A model generated the notes under the pieces. It had not been told where the DNA came from. It did no database searches and saw nothing but the letters and a program-made list of their open reading frames with translations. A DNA stretch of 64,000 nucleotides from Bacteroidales bacterium. Its GTDB lineage: Bacteria > Bacteroidota > Bacteroidia > Bacteroidales > VadinHA17. Below, piece by piece: positions 56,691 through 64,000 of this stretch. The stretch covers positions 15,127 to 79,126 of the forward strand of contig JARKQN010000039.1 in NCBI GenBank assembly GCA_029974835.1, read 5' to 3'. A program made the position numbers and the translations under genes. The number at the start of each line of letters is the position of its first letter. Positions within the stretch are counted from its first letter, which is position 1.

Positions 56691-56891
56691 TTATACTTTT
56701 TTCAGCACCTTGTGAAGTTCCTGGATTTCGTTTGCCAGGTTGTTAAGAATGCGGTTATTATGGTCCGCAAAGCGTGCTGTTACATAGAGCGCATAGAGTT
56801 CCATGTTATCTTCAACATTTTTTGCACCCGTGTCTTTCAGGAAATCATTCCTGAATTCGTTAAACCTGTTTGATAATCCGAAAATAGCCAT
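56691..56891 (-). CDS. Small hypothetical helical protein (66 aa)
   Basis: It has an ATG start and lies 23 nt upstream of, and co-oriented with, the S9 peptidase. No homology was recognised. Coding status is uncertain. Confidence 0.35.
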   Translation of the reverse strand: MAIFGLSNRFNEFRNDFLKDTGAKNVEDNMELYALYVTARFADHNNRILNNLANEIQELHKVLKKV

Positions 56892-57018
56892 AGCAGAAAG
56901 TATTTAGTTTATAAATTTTCCGTCTGTGAAAATAATAAAAACGTGCTTATCGGATTGGGTTTTGCATTGTACGGCATAAAAATTAATCCCTGAAAAATGA
57001 TTATGTTGACAGGATGTA

Positions 57019-57026
57019 TATTTTTG
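57019..57026 (+). promoter_or_regulatory. -7 box TAttTTTG
   Basis: TATTTTTG lies 82 nt upstream of ATG 57108. Confidence 0.35.
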
Positions 57027-57107
57027 TGATTGGTTATCTGTATTCATTGCCCTGTAAAGGATGAAAATACGAAACCATTATAATTAAACCTTAAAACCAA
57101 TAAAACC

Positions 57108-58412
57108 ATGAATGAAAAGAAAGTTTTAACCAGAAGGGATTTTGTTCAGAAATCCGCACTGGGAGCAGCTGCGCTAACGGTTCCGACCGTTATTCCCTCA
57201 CGTGCATTTGGTGCAGCCGACCGGGTGACTGTTGCCGTTCTCGGGGTCAACGGCCGGGGGACAAATCATATAGAAGGGTATGGAAAGCTCGAAGGGGTGG
57301 AGGTTGTTGCTCTCTGCGATCCCGACCTTGTAGTTCTTGGAAACAGGGCCGGTGAGTTTGAAAAGAAATACGGGAGAAAGGTTAAGCAGTACCAGGATTT
57401 AAGAAAGCTTTACCTCGACAAGTCAATAGATGCGGTAAGCATTGCGACACCCAATCACTGGCATTCACTTGCTGCAATCTGGGCCATGCAGGCCGGCAAG
57501 GATGTGTATGTTGAAAAACCGGGTTCCCACAACATTTTTGAAGGACGTAAAATGGTTGAGGCTGCAGCGAAATATGACAGGATTGTGCAGCACGGAATAC
57601 AGCTCCGCAGCTCAGCCGCAGTGCAGGAGGCGATTAAACACCTGCGCGACGGACTCATTGGAAGGGTTTATATGGCCCGTGGTCTTGTGTTCAGATGGAG
57701 GGATGATGTCGGAAGGAAAGGGCCATCTCCTGTACCCGAAGGCCTTGATTATGACCTCTGGACGGGACCCGCAGAGATGCTGCCTTTCTCGAGAGATTAT
57801 GTGCATTATAACTGGCACTGGCACTGGAACTACGGTAATGGCGACATAGGAAACCAGGGTACGCATGAAACGGATCTCTGCATGTGGGGACTCGATGTCG
57901 GACTTCCCGAAGTAATTTCAGCGGGAGGTGGTAAGTTTGTCCATGATGACGCAAAAGTAACCCCCGACGTTCTCTCATGCCAGTTCATGTATCCGAAGGA
58001 AAGGAAAATGATCGAATTTGAAGTCAGACCGTGGATAACCAATGAGGAAAACGGAGTCTCCGTCGGCAATATCTTTTACGGAACAGAAGGTTATCTGGTG
58101 GTTTACAACTACGACAGGTATGAATCCTTCCTGGGACGGGACAAGAAACCGGGGCCGTCGCGCAAGGCAGGCGGCGATCATTATGCCAACTTCATTGAGG
58201 CGGTCAGGAAGCATGATAAATCTGTCCTTAATGCCCCGGTCGAGACAGCCCATCTTTCCTCAGCATTATCACATCTGGGAAACATCGCCTACCGTACCGG
58301 CAGAACCCTGAAATTCGATCCTGTAAAAGAAAAGTTTATCGGTGATGACGAAGCTGACAGGATGCTGACCAGAAATTACCGCAATCCATATATAGTACCT
58401 GAAAAAGTATAA
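57108..58412 (+). CDS. TAT-exported Gfo/Idh/MocA-family NAD(P)-dependent oxidoreductase
   Basis: The twin-arginine signal is TRRDFVQKSALGAAALTVPT. The Rossmann motif is VAVLGVNGRGTNH. Later motifs are NHWHSLAAIWAMQAGKDVYVEKP. Confidence 0.85.
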   Translation: MNEKKVLTRRDFVQKSALGAAALTVPTVIPSRAFGAADRVTVAVLGVNGRGTNHIEGYGKLEGVEVVALCDPDLVVLGNRAGEFEKKYGRKVKQYQDLRKLYLDKSIDAVSIATPNHWHSLAAIWAMQAGKDVYVEKPGSHNIFEGRKMVEAAAKYDRIVQHGIQLRSSAAVQEAIKHLRDGLIGRVYMARGLVFRWRDDVGRKGPSPVPEGLDYDLWTGPAEMLPFSRDYVHYNWHWHWNYGNGDIGNQGTHETDLCMWGLDVGLPEVISAGGGKFVHDDAKVTPDVLSCQFMYPKERKMIEFEVRPWITNEENGVSVGNIFYGTEGYLVVYNYDRYESFLGRDKKPGPSRKAGGDHYANFIEAVRKHDKSVLNAPVETAHLSSALSHLGNIAYRTGRTLKFDPVKEKFIGDDEADRMLTRNYRNPYIVPEKV

Positions 58413-58423
58413 ATTAAAATAAA

Positions 58424-58443
58424 CCCGGCATTTTTATGCCGGG
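58424..58443 (-). terminator. Intrinsic terminator (hairpin cccggcat-tttt-atgccggg) read on the - strand
   Basis: On the - strand the hairpin is followed by tttatttt. It would terminate the DUF1080 gene transcript. Confidence 0.45.
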
Positions 58444-58462
58444 ATGATATTTCAGGACTGAG

Positions 58463-58490
58463 TCCCCGGTAATATCCCGGGGATTTTTTT
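58463..58490 (+). terminator. Intrinsic terminator (hairpin tccccgg-taatatc-ccgggga plus T7) read on the + strand
   Basis: It would terminate the oxidoreductase transcript. Its T-run overlaps the stop codon of the convergent DUF1080 gene. Confidence 0.5.
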
Positions 58491-59841
58491 ATTTAATTTC
58501 CTTTATTTTAATATTCCTGAAAGAGACCAGGTTGCCGTGGTCCTGCAGGAGGATTCTTCCTTCCCTTACAAGGCCGAAGTTTTCCATTCCTTTGAATTTG
58601 CTTTTCTCAACGAGGGCTTTCCATTCGGGTGTGCCTCTTTCATATTCAACGGTAAGGTTATCGTTAAGCCAGTGCTGCACCTTGTTGCCGTTAACAACTA
58701 TCATTGCCCTGTTCCACTGGTCAATGCCGTTATCGCGTTTGTTTTTCGGCGGGATAAGGTCGTAAAGTCCTGCCAGTGTGCGGTTTCCGTCAATACCTGC
58801 CTTTGCGTCCGGATGGTTCCTGTCGTCAAGAACCTGGTACTCGCACCCTATCGACGCATTTTTCCCTCCGTCCGATTCGGTATCGATAAAATATTTGATA
58901 CCGCTGTTTGCCCCTTTGGAATATTTAAAATCCGCGACCAGTATGAAATTGGTGAATTTGTCGACAGTCACTATGTCGCCTCCGCCGCCCGGTTTTTTTG
59001 TCCCGGGGTTGACGATAAGTTCATCGTTCTTTATTTCCCAACCGTTCTCCGGGAATTTTCCGGTACGGGCATTCATCCAGCCCCCGGAGGTTACGCCGTC
59101 GAAAAGCAGCCTCCACCCCTCGGCTTTTTCACGGTCGGTAAGTTTATTGGTAAGAAAGCTTACCTGCGGAATCACCGGCGAATAGGGAGTTTTATATTTT
59201 TCAGGGTTTTTGGTGATTATTTTCATGTTTTTCCATTTCACCTGAAGGCCTGCACTGGAATTGTCATTTCCAATACTGTGCACCTGGATTGCAATGAAAC
59301 CTGAAGGTGTCATATCGTCAACGAGGTCGGCACAGGGTATGCCGTTAACCCATGTTCTGATGGAATTACCAATGGCTTCAATGCGGTAGTGATTCCATTC
59401 ACCCACTTTAAGTGCTTTTCTTCCTTCCGGGTTTCGTTCGAGCGAATAGAGCCAGCCCCTGCGCGCTTCATCATATATGCCGCCCGACCAGGCACGGTCC
59501 GACGGGTCCATCTCCACCTGGTAACCGTGCACCCTGCCGTTCTGATAATCGGGCCGGCTTTCGCTGCGGATTTGCACCCCCGAATTCATTTTAGGATCGA
59601 ACCATGTATCGAATTCAAGAATAAAATCCCCGTATTTTTCCTTTGTACAAAGGAAAGAATTGGGCGACCCGACCACCGTGGTACCGGTAATTACCCCTTT
59701 CTCAAGTTTGAAGGGAGCTGTACCGTTAAGCTGTTCCCAGTTTGAAAGATCTTTGCCGATGAGGTTTTTCCACTGCCCGTAAGCCGACGTAGCTGACAGC
59801 AGTATAATGCCTGCAATAAGAATTGGTTTGAAAGATTTCAT
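58489..59841 (-). CDS. Secreted protein with two DUF1080 (3-keto-disaccharide-hydrolase-like, concanavalin-type) domains
   Basis: It has a signal peptide. Two copies of the family pattern are present: W....G...F.. with G.I.G plus NS.L.T...Y.DF.L..D......NSG. Module ends are VNGIPCADL...FIAIQVH and VQHWLNDNLTVEY...GRILLQDHGNLVSFRNIKIKE. Confidence 0.75.
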   Translation of the reverse strand: MKSFKPILIAGIILLSATSAYGQWKNLIGKDLSNWEQLNGTAPFKLEKGVITGTTVVGSPNSFLCTKEKYGDFILEFDTWFDPKMNSGVQIRSESRPDYQNGRVHGYQVEMDPSDRAWSGGIYDEARRGWLYSLERNPEGRKALKVGEWNHYRIEAIGNSIRTWVNGIPCADLVDDMTPSGFIAIQVHSIGNDNSSAGLQVKWKNMKIITKNPEKYKTPYSPVIPQVSFLTNKLTDREKAEGWRLLFDGVTSGGWMNARTGKFPENGWEIKNDELIVNPGTKKPGGGGDIVTVDKFTNFILVADFKYSKGANSGIKYFIDTESDGGKNASIGCEYQVLDDRNHPDAKAGIDGNRTLAGLYDLIPPKNKRDNGIDQWNRAMIVVNGNKVQHWLNDNLTVEYERGTPEWKALVEKSKFKGMENFGLVREGRILLQDHGNLVSFRNIKIKEIK

Positions 59842-59928
59842 GATTTATAGGTTTGATAACAAAAATCGGGCAATAAAGATAGAAAATCCCGGTGGAAAAT
59901 AAGATTCCCTGATTTCCTGCATTATTTA

Positions 59929-59936
59929 TATTTTTG
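59929..59936 (+). promoter_or_regulatory. -7 box TAttTTTG
   Basis: TATTTTTG lies 17 nt upstream of ATG 59953. Confidence 0.4.
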
Positions 59937-59952
59937 AGAAAATAACCAAACC

Positions 59953-61815
59953 ATGAAGACCAAACCGTATCTAACAATCATTCTGATCCTGCTTACGCAC
60001 ATCCTGACCCTTGAGGGTCAACCCGTCGCAGGACTTGATAACTGGTTCAACCGTGAAACCAATGCCAAAACGGGTCAGCCTTACCATTACCTCTGGTCCG
60101 ACACCGCATGGAGCGGATATTCACGCTGGGGGGAAATATTTAAAGGATTGGGAGCCGAAATTACAACTCTCGGTAAACCGACTCCGGAATCGCTTAATAA
60201 GATACAGGTTTACATTATTGTCGACCCCGATACAACCACGGAAAGCAAAACGCCGAATTATATTTCACCCGGCGACGTGAAGGCAATTTCAGCCTGGGTC
60301 AGGAAAGGGGGCGTTCTGGCTGTGCTGGCCAACGATGCACCTAACTGCGAATTCACAAACCTCAACAGGCTGATGTCAGTGTTTGGCATGACCTTCAATC
60401 ATGTCACACTTCACCCGGTTACGGGGACAAAGTGGGACATGGGAGCCTGTACTGATCTTCCCGGGCATCCCCTTTTCAGGGACGTGAAAAAGATATACAT
60501 CAAGGAGGTGGCATCATTAAATGTTACGGGGAAGGCAAAACCCGTACTTGTTGAGAACGGAAATGTTCTCATGGCCGAGTGCAGTTATGGCAAAGGTTAT
60601 GTTTTTGCCATTGGCGACCCGTGGATATACAACGAATATATCGACCATGACCGGTTAACACCCGATTTCGAAAACCGTAAAGCCGCAGAAAACCTTGCAG
60701 CCCTGCTTCTCACCAGAGCGGGAAAATATCCGGGAGCAGCCGGAACAATAAAACCTCTTTCAAAAGAGAGCACGTTACAGGCTATGATGCTGGCCAATAA
60801 ATACTTCATGGATAAATGGCCCGATGTGGGAAAAACCATCGTTACCGACCGCGAAAGGCCGAGTAATATCTGGACCCGCGGTACTTATTATGAAGGACTT
60901 ATGGCATTATATAAACTTAAACCTGACCCCGCATATCTGGAATACATGACCAGGTGGGGTGAGTTTCATAAATGGGGCCTCCGTAACGGGATTAAAACAA
61001 GAAACGGAGATGATCAGTGCTGCGGCCAGACATATATTGATCTTTACCTGATGGATACAACCAGAAAGGAAAGAATTGCTGATATCAAAGCCTGCATCGA
61101 TAACATGCTTGCCACCGATAAAACCGACGACTGGAGCTGGATCGACCTCCTGCATATGGCTATGCCTGTATTCGCCCGGCTCGGCTTTGTAACCGGAGAT
61201 AACAGGTACTTCGACCGGCTTTTTGAGATGTACAATTACACAAAAACCAGACATGGTGACAATGGTCTCTACAGTGAGAAAGATAAACTGTGGTGGCGCG
61301 ACAGGGATTTCGATCCTCCCTACGTTGAGCCAAACGGCCGTAACTGCTACTGGTCGAGAGGAAACGGATGGGTGCTGGCAGGCATAGTGAGAACCCTCGA
61401 ATGGCTGCCGGTGAACAGCCCTTACAGGAGTGAATTCGTTAAAACGTTCAGGGAAATGGCTGAGGCTCTGGCTGCCTGCCGGCGCTACGACGGCTTCTGG
61501 AACGTTAGCCTGCACGACCCTGCTCACTTCGGAGGTAAGGAGCTCACCGGCACAGCCCTCTTTACCTACGGCCTGGCATGGGGTATCAACAACGGTATCC
61601 TTGATCCCAAAAAATATAAACCTCTTGTACAGCAATCCTGGAAGGCTCTGGTCGAAGATTGCCTGCACCCAAACGGTTTTCTGGGGTATGTGCAGGGAAC
61701 AGGTAAGGAACCCAAAGACAGCCAGCCGGTAGGTTATGATAAAGTTCCCAATTTCGAGGATTTCGGACTGGGGTGCTTCCTCCTGGCCGGCTCGGAAGTT
61801 TACAGAATGAAATAG
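59953..61815 (+). CDS. GH105/GH88-type unsaturated (rhamno)galacturonyl/glucuronyl hydrolase with an extra N-terminal domain of about 250 aa
   Basis: The C-terminal (alpha/alpha)6 domain motifs are WTRGTYYEGL, DDQCCGQTY, WIDLLHMAMP, YWSRGNGWVLAG and LHPNGFLGYVQG. The N-terminal domain resembles DUF4350/ThuA-like folds (GGVLAVLAND...YGKGYVFAIGDPW). Confidence 0.75.
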   Translation: MKTKPYLTIILILLTHILTLEGQPVAGLDNWFNRETNAKTGQPYHYLWSDTAWSGYSRWGEIFKGLGAEITTLGKPTPESLNKIQVYIIVDPDTTTESKTPNYISPGDVKAISAWVRKGGVLAVLANDAPNCEFTNLNRLMSVFGMTFNHVTLHPVTGTKWDMGACTDLPGHPLFRDVKKIYIKEVASLNVTGKAKPVLVENGNVLMAECSYGKGYVFAIGDPWIYNEYIDHDRLTPDFENRKAAENLAALLLTRAGKYPGAAGTIKPLSKESTLQAMMLANKYFMDKWPDVGKTIVTDRERPSNIWTRGTYYEGLMALYKLKPDPAYLEYMTRWGEFHKWGLRNGIKTRNGDDQCCGQTYIDLYLMDTTRKERIADIKACIDNMLATDKTDDWSWIDLLHMAMPVFARLGFVTGDNRYFDRLFEMYNYTKTRHGDNGLYSEKDKLWWRDRDFDPPYVEPNGRNCYWSRGNGWVLAGIVRTLEWLPVNSPYRSEFVKTFREMAEALAACRRYDGFWNVSLHDPAHFGGKELTGTALFTYGLAWGINNGILDPKKYKPLVQQSWKALVEDCLHPNGFLGYVQGTGKEPKDSQPVGYDKVPNFEDFGLGCFLLAGSEVYRMK

Positions 61816-61886
61816 CGCTTCCGGGCTTCTTAGTAACGGGCCGGGTGAGAAATGACCAAACCTGAGAAACCATTATTGATTCAATC

Positions 61887-63791
61887 ATGAGAAATTTTAA
61901 AATACTTTCTGTCCTGCTATATGTTGCCGGAGCTATTAATCTAAACGCACAGAAACCGATAAGCAGGCAACCGGAATCACTCGACCGCGGAATAGTGGCC
62001 GTGAGAACAGATCCTAACTCCGTTTTTATAAGCTGGCGGCTTCTTGCAACAGATCCGGAGGGTATTGGTTTTAACCTCTATCGCGGAGAAAGAAAGCTCA
62101 ATAAAAAACCACTCACTGAAACAACCTGCTACACTGATTCCGTAACAAGTGATGAAATTTATAAGGTAAAGTCAGTCATAAAAGGCAGAGAGCAGGGAGA
62201 ATCATCTTCATGCATGGTTTGGAAGGATGGCTTTCTGAGAATACCTCTCAACAGGCCGCCGGGCGGAGAGATGGAAAGGGAATATATACCGCCTGACCGC
62301 CGTCAGGGACAGACCCAACCGCGGGCGAATGCCAATAATAGTACTCTCCCAGTCCGGATGTCTCAGACACAGAACAGACGGCAATATTCATATTCACCGG
62401 GTGACGCAGGTGCCGGCGACCTCGACGGCGACGGACAATATGAAATTGTTCTTAAATGGGATCCTTCAAATGCCAGGGATAACGCCCAGGATGGGTTCAC
62501 AGGAAATGTGATCCTTGATGCCTATGAGGTTGATGGCAGACAGCTATGGAGAATAAATCTTGGTACGAATATCAGGGCCGGCGCCCACTACACCCAGTTC
62601 CTCGTTTTTGATTTCGACGGCGACGGAAAGGCTGAGGTGGTTTGCAAAACTGCCGACGGAACCGTCGACGGGAAAGGTAAGATAATAGGAAACCGTGATG
62701 CAGATAATGTGAATGAGAGAGGAAGGATTCTGACCGGTCCCGAATACTTAACCGTCTTTAACGGCCTTACGGGAGAGGCAATGCAGACGGTTGATTATGT
62801 GCCGGGTAGAGGAAATGTATGCGGCTGGGGCGCCAACGAATGCAATGGCAACAGGGTCGACCGTTTTCTCGCCTGCGTGGCTTATCTCGACGGAAAACAA
62901 CCATCTTTAGTAATGTGCAGAGGGTATTACGGACGCACTACACTTGCGGCATGGGACTGGAGAAACGGAAAACTGACAATGCGCTGGCTCTTCGACTCCG
63001 ACAAGGGTTTTCCTGAATTTATGGGACAGGGAAATCATAACCTCAGCGTGGCCGACGTAGACGACGACGGCAGGGATGAGATAATATACGGCTCCTGCGC
63101 ATTTGACGATGACGGGACACCAATCTATACCACCCGAATGGGCCATGGTGACGCCATGCACCTTTCCGACCTTGACCCCGATATTCCCGGACTGGAAGTA
63201 TGGGCGGTTAAGGAGACCGGCGGATGGGGCTCGGTAATGCACAGCGCAGCTGACGGAAAAATACTGCTCAGAATTCCCGACTCAACCGATGTCGGAAGAG
63301 GGCTTGCCGCTGACATATATCCAAATCACAGGGGTTATGAATTATGGTCCTCACGCACCGGAGGCATTTATAATGTTAAAGGTGAAAAAATAACATCTTC
63401 ATTGCCCCCGGTTAATTTCCGCATCTACTGGGACGGAGACCTTCAGGACGAACTGCTTGACCGCTCTTATATCGACGACTGGGATTATATTAATCACAAA
63501 CCGGTACGGCTGCTCGATGCATCAAAATATGGAGGAGTCTCAATTAACGGAACAAAGGCAACTCCCGTTCTTAGCGCCGACCTACTCGGCGACTGGCGCG
63601 AAGAGGTTATCTTCAGAAGTACAGACAATAATTCGCTGCTTCTTTTTACAACCGGCATACCGACACAATACCGCATGCCGACACTTATGCACGACCCCGT
63701 TTACCGCCTGGGCGTGGCCTGGCAGAATGTCGTATACAACCAGCCCCCGCACACCGGATTCTTTATGGGTGACGTAATTAAAAAAAAGTGA
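61887..63791 (+). CDS. PL11-family rhamnogalacturonan lyase (YesW-like eight-bladed propeller with FG-GAP/Ca sites)
   Basis: It has a signal peptide. The N-terminal motif is VFISWRLLATDPEGIGFNLYR. Repeated Ca-binding loops are GDLDGDGQYEIV, FDFDGDGKAEVV and ADVDDDGRDEIIYG. The C-terminal motif is LMHDPVYRLGVAWQNVVYNQP. Confidence 0.75.
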   Translation: MRNFKILSVLLYVAGAINLNAQKPISRQPESLDRGIVAVRTDPNSVFISWRLLATDPEGIGFNLYRGERKLNKKPLTETTCYTDSVTSDEIYKVKSVIKGREQGESSSCMVWKDGFLRIPLNRPPGGEMEREYIPPDRRQGQTQPRANANNSTLPVRMSQTQNRRQYSYSPGDAGAGDLDGDGQYEIVLKWDPSNARDNAQDGFTGNVILDAYEVDGRQLWRINLGTNIRAGAHYTQFLVFDFDGDGKAEVVCKTADGTVDGKGKIIGNRDADNVNERGRILTGPEYLTVFNGLTGEAMQTVDYVPGRGNVCGWGANECNGNRVDRFLACVAYLDGKQPSLVMCRGYYGRTTLAAWDWRNGKLTMRWLFDSDKGFPEFMGQGNHNLSVADVDDDGRDEIIYGSCAFDDDGTPIYTTRMGHGDAMHLSDLDPDIPGLEVWAVKETGGWGSVMHSAADGKILLRIPDSTDVGRGLAADIYPNHRGYELWSSRTGGIYNVKGEKITSSLPPVNFRIYWDGDLQDELLDRSYIDDWDYINHKPVRLLDASKYGGVSINGTKATPVLSADLLGDWREEVIFRSTDNNSLLLFTTGIPTQYRMPTLMHDPVYRLGVAWQNVVYNQPPHTGFFMGDVIKKK

Positions 63792-63910
63792 CACTCCCTC
63801 CGGGATCAGCCCTGTGACACACCGGATCATCAAAGTGCCTCAGGTTTGTATTGACGGGAATATGTGTAAATTTGTCTGAATAAGCAGAATATTAATTAAC
63901 CTGTAATCCA

Positions 63911-64000
63911 ATGAAAAAAACCTTTATTCTTTCGCTTACGGCAGTTCTTCTGCTGACACTGTTTTCATGCAGTAGCAAAGAAACAAGTAAAAAGGAAAGT
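63911..64000 (+). CDS. 5-prime end of a lipoprotein gene (partial, runs off the window)
   Basis: The ATG at 63911 gives MKKTFILSLTAVLLLTLFSCSSKETSKKES, a classic lipobox LFSC. Confidence 0.45.
   Translation, partial: MKKTFILSLTAVLLLTLFSCSSKETSKKES

Overview
This 64-kb chromosomal segment looks like a Bacteroidota genome. Evidence: TAnnTTTG -7 promoter boxes 17-100 nt upstream of many starts, no Shine-Dalgarno signal, the DUF1573, GWxTD, SPOR and CarboxypepD_reg-TonB receptor families, and many lipoprotein signal peptides. I call about 48 protein genes and one tRNA-Ser(GCU). I see no rRNA, CRISPR array, transposase or integrase. Positions 1-41.5 kb are mostly housekeeping genes: a 2x[4Fe-4S] ferredoxin missed by the ORF track, meaB, a Znu-like ABC operon ending in lpdA, uvrA, smpB, miaA, bcp-recA, rlmB, rlmD and an ABC-F ATPase. 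Envelope and secreted functions are interspersed: a TolB-propeller/Omp85-barrel protein, an OmpR/HK pair, an active plus an apparently inactive M14 peptidase pair, an ECF sigma with a barrel-containing partner, two SPOR proteins, and an S9 peptidase. Positions 45-64 kb form a SusC/D-less degradative cluster: a FadL-like porin, a large GH-like protein, a Ser-type sulfatase, a TonB receptor with a coupled lipoprotein, an S9 peptidase, a TAT-exported Gfo/Idh/MocA oxidoreductase, a double DUF1080 protein, a GH105/88 and a PL11 rhamnogalacturonan lyase. The best candidate for an undescribed system is at 41590-44694. It is a sensor-less PP2C (SpoIIE-type) phosphatase separated by 3 nt from a 760-aa OLD/SMC-like ABC ATPase. 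That ATPase has a long coiled-coil insert and a C-terminal Toprim-like domain that seems to have lost its catalytic residues. The cassette lies immediately upstream of tRNA-Ser. Several unexplained non-coding repeat families are also present: four tandem 20-mers and duplicated 75-bp units at 14.1-14.5 kb, a 105-bp duplicated element with AATCCGCG arrays at 24.97-25.28 kb, and a G-free CACWCT hexamer microsatellite at two loci. All functional calls come from motif recognition by eye. No database search was run.
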